From Chloroflexota bacterium (GTDB lineage Bacteria; Chloroflexota; Anaerolineae; JAAYZQ01), in NCBI GenBank assembly GCA_018606645.1, contig JAGVRI010000008.1, positions 68,036 through 132,035 on the forward strand: DNA of 64,000 nt. The letters are read 5' to 3'. The position numbers and the translations under genes are program-made. The notes beneath the pieces were generated by a model, which saw only the letters and a list, made by a program, of their open reading frames with translations, was not told the DNA's origin and did no database searches. Below, in pieces: positions 28,089 to 36,758 of this stretch; position 1 is the stretch's first letter, and each line of letters opens with the position of its first letter.

Positions 28089-29308
28089 GTAGATCCCAGA
28101 TGTCCATTCCCATGTCGTCTCCAGACATCACCGCCGCTGAGATCGAGGCGGTCAACCAGGTCCTCCGCACCCCGTATTTGAGTATTGGCCCTCAACTGGA
28201 ACAGTTCGAGCGGGCAGTGGCTTCCTATGTGGGTGTGGCCCACGCCATCGGCGTCAATTCTGGCACGAGCGGTCTGCACCTGTGCATGATCGCGGCTGGG
28301 GTTTCTGCCGGCGATCTGGTCATTACGTCGCCTTTCTCGTTCGTGGCTTCGGCCAACTGCATCCTGTACGAACGGGCGATTCCGGTCTTTGTCGATGTGG
28401 ACCCGGTGACGGGCAATCTGAATCCGGTCAGTGCAGCGGAAGCGGCTCACGACCTGAATCAGGGAGGGCGGATGGCCAAGCGCTGGCTTCCCCGATCGAT
28501 GGCTGACGCTCCGCGCGGCAAGCTGAAAGCCATCCTGCCGGTGCACTCCTTCGGACAACCTGCAGATATGGCACCGATCCTGGAGACCGCCCGCCAGCGT
28601 GGGGTGATGGTCGTCGAGGATGCGTGCGAGGCTTTGGGGGCGGAGTACCGGGGGCAGAAGGCCGGCACTCTGGGCACGGCGGCGGTTTTTGCGTTCTACC
28701 CGAACAAGCAGATCACCACCGGCGAAGGGGGTATGGTTGTCACCGACAGTGACCAGTGGGCGGCTCTCTTGCGTTCGCTGCGCAATCAGGGGCGCGACGT
28801 GTTCGACGCCTGGCTGAACCACACGCGCCTCGGCTACAACTACCGGCTGGATGAGCTGAGTGCGGCCTTGGGACTGGTGCAAATGGGGCGCATTGAAGAA
28901 CTGCTGGCGAAGCGCGAACGGGTGGCCGGCTGGTACAACGAGCGCCTAGCCGACCTGGAGTGGATCGAGCGGCCGCCCATCGTATCCACCACAACGCGCA
29001 TGTCGTGGTTTGTGTATGTCATCCGGGTCAGGCCGCCGATCAGCCGTGACGAGGTCATGCGCCGGCTGGCCGAGGTTGGCATCCCCAGCCGGCCTTATTT
29101 TACGCCGATCCATCTCCAGCCTTTTTACCGTCAGCGGTTTGGCTATCAACGCGGTGATTTCCCCGTGACCGAGTATCTGGGCGATGTGTGCCTGGCCTTG
29201 CCGTTTTCAAGTGTGATGCAGGAAGAGCAGGTGGACCAGGTGTGCGACCGGTTGCGGGCTGCGGTGATGGCGGCTCTTGGCAGTGCGGCGCCTGGTTCTG
29301 CCCCGTAG
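28085..29308 (+). CDS. DegT/DnrJ/EryC1/StrS-family PLP-dependent nucleotide-sugar aminotransferase (PglE/WbpE-like)
   Basis: family-typical N-terminus (ITAAEIEAVNQVLRTPYLSIGPQLEQFERAVASYVGVAHAIGVNSGTSGLHL) and length. Confidence 0.8.
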   Translation: MSRSQMSIPMSSPDITAAEIEAVNQVLRTPYLSIGPQLEQFERAVASYVGVAHAIGVNSGTSGLHLCMIAAGVSAGDLVITSPFSFVASANCILYERAIPVFVDVDPVTGNLNPVSAAEAAHDLNQGGRMAKRWLPRSMADAPRGKLKAILPVHSFGQPADMAPILETARQRGVMVVEDACEALGAEYRGQKAGTLGTAAVFAFYPNKQITTGEGGMVVTDSDQWAALLRSLRNQGRDVFDAWLNHTRLGYNYRLDELSAALGLVQMGRIEELLAKRERVAGWYNERLADLEWIERPPIVSTTTRMSWFVYVIRVRPPISRDEVMRRLAEVGIPSRPYFTPIHLQPFYRQRFGYQRGDFPVTEYLGDVCLALPFSSVMQEEQVDQVCDRLRAAVMAALGSAAPGSAP

Positions 29309-29350
29309 CCGGGTTGGGGTCTCAGATTCTTATACGGTTCAAGTAGAACG

Positions 29351-31225
29351 ATGCTGGCTCTGCGCAACCGACACTTTTTTGTTATCGATCTGATCCTGCT
29401 ACCCGTCACTGCCGTGTTGGCCTTTGCGATACGGCTTGACGCCCGGGGGATGGAAAGGTATCTGTCGGCCATGGCGCTTTTTGTTGCTCTGGCCGTGCCG
29501 ATCAAGCTGATTATCTTCCGCTGGTTAGGGCTCTATCGGCGGTTCTGGCGCTTTGCCAGCGTGGATGAGCTGCTGCTGATTGCCATGGCGGTGGGCATGA
29601 GCCTGGTGATCATTTTGGCGCTCATCCTGGGGGTGATCGTGCCCTTTCAGTGGATCAAAGGCTTCCCCCGCTCTGTCCCGTTGATCGACGCCTTGCTGAC
29701 CTTCGGCGTGGTGGGCGGGCCGCGCTTTGCGGTGCGACTGGCCGAGAAGAGACATCAACAGGAAAGGCGTCGGAAATGGAAGGGGCCGGAAAAACGGGTG
29801 CTAGTCATGGGGGCCGGCAGCGCGGGGACGACCGTTGTCAAGGAGCTGCAGGCCAACCCTCACCTGGGATTGGTGCCCTTTGGATTTGTAGACGATGACC
29901 AGCAGAAGCACGGGGTCCAGATCCTGGGTCTGCCGGTCCTGGGGGGGAGGGAGCGCATCCCGGATTTGGCGCGGCGCTATCGTATCGATGAAGTGATCAT
30001 TGCCATGCCGGCCGCGCCGGGCGCGGTGGTGCGCGAGATCGTCAAGATCTGCCAGCAGGCCGGTGTTCAGGTTCGCACCGTTCCCGGTTTGTCCGAGATC
30101 CTCTCTGGTCGGGTCAGCATCAGTCAGGTGCGGAAGGTGGATGTCGAGGACCTGCTGCGTCGGGAGCCGGTACAAACCGATACTCTGGCGTCGGAGCGGA
30201 TGTTGCGCGACTGCCGGGTGTTGGTGACCGGGGCGGGAGGATCGATCGGAAGTGAACTATGCCGACAGATTGCTCGCTACCGCCCTGCCCTTCTCATCCT
30301 GGCCGGACATGGCGAGAATAGCATCTTTGCTATTGCGAATGAACTTCAGCGGCAGTGGCCCGAGTTCCCCATCCGCCGGGCCATTGTGGATATCCGCGAC
30401 TTCGACCGGCTAAGTCAAATCTATGAGACGTATCGGCCTCAAACAGTCTTTCATGCCGCAGCCCATAAACATGTCCCGTTAATGGAAGAGAATATCGCCG
30501 AGGCGATCACCAATAATGTGCAAGGAACAGCCAATCTCCTGCATCTGTCCGAACTCTATGGCGTGGAACGCTTTGTCCTCATCTCTACCGACAAGGCGGT
30601 GAACCCTTCCAGCGTCATGGGGGCAACGAAATGGCTGGCTGAACGGCTGGTCCAGGCGTCAGCGCGGCGGACCGGTTCCGCGTACGTCTCGGTGCGTTTT
30701 GGCAATGTGCTGGAAAGCCGGGGGAGTGTGGTGCTCCTCTTTCGGGAACAGATCGCCCGCGGAGGGCCGGTGACAGTAACTCATCCGGATGTGTGCCGCT
30801 ACTTTATGACTATACCTGAGGCGGTACAACTGGTCTTGCAGGCCGCGGCCCTGGGTCAGGGCGGCGAGGTCTTTGTCCTGGATATGGGGGAACCGATCCG
30901 GATTGCCGATCTGGCCCGGGACATGATCCACCTTTCCGGGTTGGAGGTGGGCCGGGATATCGAGATCGTGTATACCGGGCTGAGGCCGGGCGAAAAGCTG
31001 ATGGAGGAGCTGGTTGCACCGGGTGAACAGGTGGTGCCGACCTGTCACGACAAGATATTGTCCCTCAATGGGACCGGGGATTGGGGCACTGCGGAACTGG
31101 AGCAGGCGGTGCAGGGACTGATCCACCTGGCTCGCCACGGGGACGAAGGTCAAATCCGCGCTAAACTCCGGGAGCTGGTGCCGCATTACAAGCCCTGTCC
31201 CTCTGGGCCGGGAGGCCGGATGTGA
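29351..31225 (+). CDS. membrane-anchored UDP-GlcNAc 4,6-dehydratase (PglF/CapD/WbpM family)
   Basis: four N-terminal TM helices, then VLVMGAGSAGTTVVKEL and VLVTGAGGSIGSEL Rossmann motifs, 624 aa as for PglF/WbpM. Confidence 0.8.
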   Translation: MLALRNRHFFVIDLILLPVTAVLAFAIRLDARGMERYLSAMALFVALAVPIKLIIFRWLGLYRRFWRFASVDELLLIAMAVGMSLVIILALILGVIVPFQWIKGFPRSVPLIDALLTFGVVGGPRFAVRLAEKRHQQERRRKWKGPEKRVLVMGAGSAGTTVVKELQANPHLGLVPFGFVDDDQQKHGVQILGLPVLGGRERIPDLARRYRIDEVIIAMPAAPGAVVREIVKICQQAGVQVRTVPGLSEILSGRVSISQVRKVDVEDLLRREPVQTDTLASERMLRDCRVLVTGAGGSIGSELCRQIARYRPALLILAGHGENSIFAIANELQRQWPEFPIRRAIVDIRDFDRLSQIYETYRPQTVFHAAAHKHVPLMEENIAEAITNNVQGTANLLHLSELYGVERFVLISTDKAVNPSSVMGATKWLAERLVQASARRTGSAYVSVRFGNVLESRGSVVLLFREQIARGGPVTVTHPDVCRYFMTIPEAVQLVLQAAALGQGGEVFVLDMGEPIRIADLARDMIHLSGLEVGRDIEIVYTGLRPGEKLMEELVAPGEQVVPTCHDKILSLNGTGDWGTAELEQAVQGLIHLARHGDEGQIRAKLRELVPHYKPCPSGPGGRM

Positions 31226-32445
31226 ACCCACAGAATCCAGAAGGGTTGGAATTGCTGGCGCGGTTATTGGCCGGCAATTCGCCGGGCGTGGAGATCGATT
31301 GGCAGGGGGTGCTTACGCTCGCTCGACGCCACGCGGTCCTGCCCCTTCTATACTGGGAGATCACCCGGCGCCAGGCCGCCGGCCTCTGGGACTTCTCGGT
31401 CCCCGGTGAGCTCTATGAGAAATTGCGCCGCGATTTTCTGGCAGCGGCGGCCCGGGCGATGGTGGCGGAGCGGCAATTGGCCCAGGTGCTCCAGGCGCTG
31501 GCCGAGGCCGGCGTGTCGACGCTGGTGGTCAAGGGCGCAGCAATGGGAGCCTACTATCCGGATCCGGCGCTGCGGAGCTACGGCGATCTCGATGTGGTGG
31601 TGCCCCACCATCAATTGGAGCAGGCAGCAACAGCGCTGTCCAGGATCGGCTATCGAGGTTCGGATCAGAAACAGTGGCGTCTGGCCCATCATTTTCATCT
31701 TTCGCCGTTGCATAGTGAGGATGGCCGACTGACCGTTGAGATCCACTGGCAGCTTGCCCGACCGAATCAACCATGGACCCTACCGATGGAGGAGCTATGG
31801 GCGCGGGCCATCCCCTGGTCGGTGGCCGGGCAACCCACGTTGCGCCTGGACGCGGTGGATACCGTGTTGTACCTGAGCCTTCATACCCTGATCCACCATC
31901 TGGCGCGGTTGGGATTGCGCCCACTATGCGATCTGAGACAGGTAATAAAGGACTGGGGGCCGCTTGAGTGGCAGGCCCTGGTCAGGCGGGCGGTGGAGTA
32001 TCGCTTGGCGCGGGCGGTGTATCTGATGTTGAGGCTGGCGGAGCAGATTTTGCAGGTCACGGTGCCGGCGCAGGTCAAAGAGGGCCTCGGTCCAGGCCTG
32101 GAGGAGCCCTCGTTGACGGAGTGGATCGCCGGCTTTCTGGCCTCGGACTCGCCATCGGCGCCGCACATGCCAGCCAGCGCCGTCCAGGCCTGGGCGCACG
32201 GGGCGGGGTCTAAGAAGTTCCGGTATTTGTGGCGGCGTCTGTATCCGCCGCGAGAGGAGATGGCATCCATTTATGGCATACCGCCGGATTCGCCCCGCAT
32301 CTGGTGGGCCTATCTGCAGCGTCCGTTTGATCTCCTCCGACGCTATCGCTCGGCCCTGGTACACATGGTCCGAAAGGACCCGAAGGCCATCGCCGTGTGG
32401 AAGCAGGAAACCTGGTTGAGGAAGTGGTTAGGGGAAGTGGCGTGA
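31222..32445 (+). CDS. uncharacterized nucleotidyltransferase-family protein (NTP_transf_5-like)
   Basis: YGDLDVVVPHHQLEQAATAL..GY motif and size typical of the 'uncharacterised nucleotidyltransferase' family; tentative. Confidence 0.4.
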   Translation: MNPQNPEGLELLARLLAGNSPGVEIDWQGVLTLARRHAVLPLLYWEITRRQAAGLWDFSVPGELYEKLRRDFLAAAARAMVAERQLAQVLQALAEAGVSTLVVKGAAMGAYYPDPALRSYGDLDVVVPHHQLEQAATALSRIGYRGSDQKQWRLAHHFHLSPLHSEDGRLTVEIHWQLARPNQPWTLPMEELWARAIPWSVAGQPTLRLDAVDTVLYLSLHTLIHHLARLGLRPLCDLRQVIKDWGPLEWQALVRRAVEYRLARAVYLMLRLAEQILQVTVPAQVKEGLGPGLEEPSLTEWIAGFLASDSPSAPHMPASAVQAWAHGAGSKKFRYLWRRLYPPREEMASIYGIPPDSPRIWWAYLQRPFDLLRRYRSALVHMVRKDPKAIAVWKQETWLRKWLGEVA

Positions 32446-32465
32446 CGGAGGGGCTGTCTACCAAG

Positions 32466-32493
32466 TTGTCCTTTCGCGGGAATATGGTATAAT
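32466..32493 (+). promoter_or_regulatory. candidate sigma70-type promoter TTGTCC -16- TATAAT upstream of the wzc-like gene
   Basis: hexamers read directly; places the likely start at ATG 32550 rather than 32508. Confidence 0.4.
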
Positions 32494-32549
32494 CTTCCCG
32501 GGTCAGGTTGGCAGCGGCGGGTCGTCATATCCAAACGGAGAACGGATCA

Positions 32550-34253
32550 ATGGAACTTGTACAGTATTGGCACTTGGTGCGCAAATGGTTGTGGCTCATC
32601 GTCCTGGGGAGCGTTCTAGCTGGTGGTATGGCGTTTGTCGTCAGTCGAAACATGACGCCGGTCTATCAGGCCAACACGACTCTGCTGATCACGCCGGGCG
32701 GGGCGCAGGGGCTGGATAACTACACGAATCTCATGGCCAGCGAACGACTGGCCCGGACCTATGCACAATTGGTGGTCAGCCCCTCTATCCTGCAGCAGAC
32801 GTATCAGCGGGTAGCAGAAATCTGGGGCGCAGACGCAACTAACCGAAGACCACTCTCTGGCTTTTCGGTTTCCGCCGAACCGGTCCGGGACACCCAGCTC
32901 TTGCGCATCGCCGTCACCGGCACCGATCCGGAACTGATCGCCGTGGCAGCCAACACGGCGGCTCAGGTGTTCATCGAATGGCAGACCACGATCCGCAAGT
33001 CGCGGTATGCCGACGCCCAGGACAAGCTCACGGCCGAGATGCATCAGGTGGAGGCCAACATCCAGGAACTCGAAGCCCAGATCCAGGCGCTTGAGGCGGA
33101 AGAGAGTGAGGATAATGCGGAAACAGTGGCTCGCTTGCGGGAGGAACTGACCCGCTATCGCAGCAGTTACTCGGCCTTGCTGAACAGCTACTCCAGCCTC
33201 ACCCTGTCGGAAGCCAGTTCGGGGGATACGGTCACGGTCGTGTCGGAGGCGGTGCGACCGGCAGCGCCGATCCGTCCCCAGGTGATGCGGAACACGATAC
33301 TGGCGGCCATTGTCGGCGCCATGTTGGCCATCGGCGTGGCCTACCTGGTTGAGTACCTGGATGATACGGTCAAAACCCCTGATGACCTTCGGGTGGCCGA
33401 TCTGAATGTCGTCGCTGCGGTGCAGGAGATGCATCTCAATAGCAAAGGACCTGGCCGGGAACCGTTTGTCCTAAAGGAGCCGAAATCGCTCGTGGCCGAA
33501 GCGTATCGCACCCTCCGCACCAACCTGCAGTTCTCGTCCCTGGATCGTCCCTTGCGCAGCCTGGTGGTGACCAGCGCCGTAGCCACGGAGGGGAAAACGA
33601 CGACGGCTGCCAACTTGGCGGTGGTGCTGGCTCAGGCGGGCAAGCGGGTAGTGCTGGTGGACGCTGACCTGCGCCGTCCCTCTGCCCACAAGTTATTTGG
33701 CCTGTCCAATCGCGATGGACTGACCACGGCCCTGGTGCAGGACCCAGGCCAGTTGGATGGCTATCTGCAGGACACCCCAGTGGAGAACCTGCGGGTGTTG
33801 ACCTCGGGGCCGGTTCCGCCCAACCCCCAGGAACTGTTGGGGTCGCAGCGCATGGAGGAGCTGCTCCGCCAGCTCGAGCAGGCTTCTGACATTGTGCTGG
33901 TGGATACTCCACCCTCTCTGGTGGTTGCTGATGCCAACGTCTTGGCCGCTCGCACCGACGGGGTCTTGCTGGTGGTCAATGCCGGAACGACCCGCCGGGC
34001 GGCTATTCAGCAGGCGGTCGCCAGCCTGCGGCAGATCGGGGCCCACGTGGTGGGCGCTGTGCTCAACCGGGTGAATGTCCGGGGCGGCCGCGGGTACTAT
34101 TACTACTATTCCTACTACTCCCACTACTATCGTGACGAAGAGAAAGATGGCAGGCGCAATCTGATCGCTCGCCTGCGGCGTCGGAGGCCGCGTTCCACTC
34201 GCAGCGAATCGACCGAGGGTGTGCCGTCTGAGAGTCGGGAAAAGGAGGAGTAG
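32550..34253 (+). CDS. wzc: polysaccharide co-polymerase fused to BY-kinase (Wzc/PCP-2 family tyrosine autokinase)
   Basis: two TM segments around a coiled-coil periplasmic domain, Walker A VTSAVATEGKTTTAANLA, and C-terminal tyrosine cluster GGRGYYYYYSYYSHYY. Confidence 0.8.
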   Translation: MELVQYWHLVRKWLWLIVLGSVLAGGMAFVVSRNMTPVYQANTTLLITPGGAQGLDNYTNLMASERLARTYAQLVVSPSILQQTYQRVAEIWGADATNRRPLSGFSVSAEPVRDTQLLRIAVTGTDPELIAVAANTAAQVFIEWQTTIRKSRYADAQDKLTAEMHQVEANIQELEAQIQALEAEESEDNAETVARLREELTRYRSSYSALLNSYSSLTLSEASSGDTVTVVSEAVRPAAPIRPQVMRNTILAAIVGAMLAIGVAYLVEYLDDTVKTPDDLRVADLNVVAAVQEMHLNSKGPGREPFVLKEPKSLVAEAYRTLRTNLQFSSLDRPLRSLVVTSAVATEGKTTTAANLAVVLAQAGKRVVLVDADLRRPSAHKLFGLSNRDGLTTALVQDPGQLDGYLQDTPVENLRVLTSGPVPPNPQELLGSQRMEELLRQLEQASDIVLVDTPPSLVVADANVLAARTDGVLLVVNAGTTRRAAIQQAVASLRQIGAHVVGAVLNRVNVRGGRGYYYYYSYYSHYYRDEEKDGRRNLIARLRRRRPRSTRSESTEGVPSESREKEE

Positions 34254-34254
34254 C

Positions 34255-36750
34255 ATGGGCGAGGGGCATCCTCAATCCAGCCCCCGACTGCGAGCGGTTT
34301 TTCTTGTTCTTCTTCCCGTTTTGGTACTCGTCATTGGATTGTTACAAGTTCAGCGGGCTGCTGCGGCCGACCCGAACTGTCCGGTTCCTCTGACCGAGCG
34401 GCAACGATATGGATTTGTGGCGACGTCCGCCAACTGGCCACAGCAGTTCGACTATGCGTCTCTCAATGCCGGCTGGGTGGTGGACTTTGCCTATCGGACC
34501 TACAGTGGGCCCCCGCCCGGTCTCGATCGGGCGTTGGTCATCCGCATCCACGAGGGCTATCGGGTGGACCCGGCACGGTTGGGCCCGGTGGTGGATAGCA
34601 ACCCGGGCGTCATCTGGCTGATCGGCAACGAGCCGGACTGTGTCTGGCAGGACAACGTCCGGCCCGAGGAGTACGCCCGCATCTACCATGACCTCTATGC
34701 TTTTATCAAGAGCCGGGATGCAAGCGGCCAGGTGGCAGCCGGGGGCATTGTCCAGCCGACACCCCTGCGCCTGGAGTACCTGAACCGGGTCCTGGCCGCC
34801 TACCAGGCCCGCTACCGGCAGGCGATGCCGGTAGATGTATGGAACATCCACAATGCCATACTCAACGAGGTGAGTTGTGACTATGATCCCGGCAACTGTT
34901 GGGGGGCGGGGATTCCGCCGGGCATTGACGCTCCATTTGGCGAGGTCCGGTTGATCGACGACAATGACAATATGACCCTGTTCCGCAATCAGATCTGGGC
35001 CTTCCGCCAGTGGATGGCCGACCATGGCTATGGCAGCTACCCGCTGATCGTCACCGAATATGGGGTCCTGATGCCGGCGAGTTATGGCTTTGGTCCGAGC
35101 CGGGTGAACACCTTTATGAACAACACTTTTGCCTTTTTCCAGAACACGACCCATCCCAGCCTGGGCGATCCGACGGACGGTTGGCGGCTGGTGCAGCGCT
35201 GGGCTTGGTTCAGTCTGGATGTGCCGCCCTGGAATCCGATGACAGGGGGCTTTAACGGCAACCTCTTTGATCCGGATACGACCTCGAAAACGGTCTATGG
35301 ACTGAACTATAGCAACCAGACGGGCGCGTTTCCTCCGGTGGAATATGCAGATCTGGCGCTGGGCGCCTGGCGGGTGGGGCCCACGGTGGATCTGGCCGGC
35401 CCTGGCCAGCCCATCACCTGGACGGTTCAGATTCGGATCGTGAACCTGGGGACGGCCGATGCGGGAGGGTTTACCGTTCGTCTGACGTACACCGGCCCGG
35501 TGAGCGGTGTGCTGGAACAGACGATGTCCGGCCTGGCTCACTCTTCGGCGGCGTGGCGTACGTTTGTCCTGTCTGACCTGCCAATGGGCCGCTATGACCT
35601 CTCCCTGGAGATCGACGCCGCCGCTCAGGTGAACGAATCGCGGGAGTGCAACAACCAGGCGATGATGACGCTCATCGCGCCGCAGTTCCGCTATCAGCTT
35701 CCACTGGTCCCGAACCTGCGGACGGGGGCGTCGGTGCAAGGCGTCGCTTCCTCGGCGCCCGTTCGGGAGTCGGGGGTTCCATCTAAAACGACAGAGGCTG
35801 CCTCGGTGGAGCCCGGCTTTCGGGAGTTCCCGGTGCCGACTGCGGCCAGCTACCCCGGGCAGATCGCCATCGACGGCCAGGGCCGGGTATGGATCACGGA
35901 GCGGGATGCCAATCAGATCGCCCGCTTTGATCCCCAGAGCGAGACCTGGGTGGAATACCCCATCCCCACCGCCAACAGTCAGCCGTGGGGACTGGCTGCC
36001 GATGGGCAGGGCAACATCTGGTTCGCCGAGACGGCAGCAAATCAGATCGCCCGGCTGGTGGAAGCCAGCGGCGCGGTCACCGAATATCCGGTTCCCACGC
36101 CCAACAGTCAGCCGTGGGAGGTGGCCGTCAGTGGGAACGTGGTCTGGTTCACGGAAAAGGCGGGGAACCGGATCGGCAACCTGGTACCGGGCACGGGAGC
36201 CGTCACCGAATATCTGGTTCCGACCGCGAACGCCGAACCCCGCGGACTGGCGGTTTCGGGCAATGAGGTATGGTTTGTCGAGGGCGCGGCGAACAAGCTG
36301 GGCCGGTACAATATCAGTACCGGGCAATTCTTCGAGGTGGCCAGGCCAGCCGGCAGTCTCCCCCAGGACATTGTGTTAAATCCAGTCGGCCAACCCTGGT
36401 TCACCGAAGCGGGCGGGAATCGGATAGTCAAGTTCGAGCCGTCTACCGTTGGGTGGTGGATCGTCATCAACGCGGTGACGCCCAACAGCGAACCGTACGG
36501 CATCGCCATGGAAGGCAGCAAGGCGGTGTGGTTCACGGAACGTGCCGCGAATCGACTGGCGCGCTATGATGCTGCTCGCAACCGCATCTTTGAGTATGTG
36601 CTCCCCACGCCCAACAGCGCCCCGACCGGGGTGGTGGTGGACGGCAATGGTTGCGCCTGGTACGCTGCCCCCGGGGCCAATCGCATTGCTCGCCTGTGCC
36701 CCCCGCCGAACCGCTTCACCTATATCCCGGTGATCTACAAACGCTGGTAG
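34255..36750 (+). CDS. secreted multidomain protein: GH-clan-A-like (TIM-barrel glycoside hydrolase-like) domain + CARDB domain + seven Vgb-type beta-propeller repeats
   Basis: strong SD AAGGAGG 6 nt upstream of ATG 34255; signal peptide; IWLIGNEPD and LIVTEYG motifs about 135 residues apart (clan GH-A acid/base and nucleophile pattern); CARDB-like ...ESRECNN...; seven repeats of EYP.PT.NS.P.G.A....G.WF.E...N.I.R. Confidence 0.6.
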   Translation: MGEGHPQSSPRLRAVFLVLLPVLVLVIGLLQVQRAAAADPNCPVPLTERQRYGFVATSANWPQQFDYASLNAGWVVDFAYRTYSGPPPGLDRALVIRIHEGYRVDPARLGPVVDSNPGVIWLIGNEPDCVWQDNVRPEEYARIYHDLYAFIKSRDASGQVAAGGIVQPTPLRLEYLNRVLAAYQARYRQAMPVDVWNIHNAILNEVSCDYDPGNCWGAGIPPGIDAPFGEVRLIDDNDNMTLFRNQIWAFRQWMADHGYGSYPLIVTEYGVLMPASYGFGPSRVNTFMNNTFAFFQNTTHPSLGDPTDGWRLVQRWAWFSLDVPPWNPMTGGFNGNLFDPDTTSKTVYGLNYSNQTGAFPPVEYADLALGAWRVGPTVDLAGPGQPITWTVQIRIVNLGTADAGGFTVRLTYTGPVSGVLEQTMSGLAHSSAAWRTFVLSDLPMGRYDLSLEIDAAAQVNESRECNNQAMMTLIAPQFRYQLPLVPNLRTGASVQGVASSAPVRESGVPSKTTEAASVEPGFREFPVPTAASYPGQIAIDGQGRVWITERDANQIARFDPQSETWVEYPIPTANSQPWGLAADGQGNIWFAETAANQIARLVEASGAVTEYPVPTPNSQPWEVAVSGNVVWFTEKAGNRIGNLVPGTGAVTEYLVPTANAEPRGLAVSGNEVWFVEGAANKLGRYNISTGQFFEVARPAGSLPQDIVLNPVGQPWFTEAGGNRIVKFEPSTVGWWIVINAVTPNSEPYGIAMEGSKAVWFTERAANRLARYDAARNRIFEYVLPTPNSAPTGVVVDGNGCAWYAAPGANRIARLCPPPNRFTYIPVIYKRW

Positions 36751-36758
36751 AGCCTGGT

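Noticed and set aside
27932-28882. 316-aa minus-strand ORF
   Set aside because: Antisense to the DegT aminotransferase gene, whose + strand translation has clear family motifs.
34342-36327. 661-aa ORF on the minus strand
   Set aside because: Lies entirely antisense to the GH/CARDB/propeller gene. It is Arg/Pro/Gly-rich as expected for a shadow ORF in GC-rich DNA and has no motifs, whereas the + strand has strong SD, signal peptide and domain matches.
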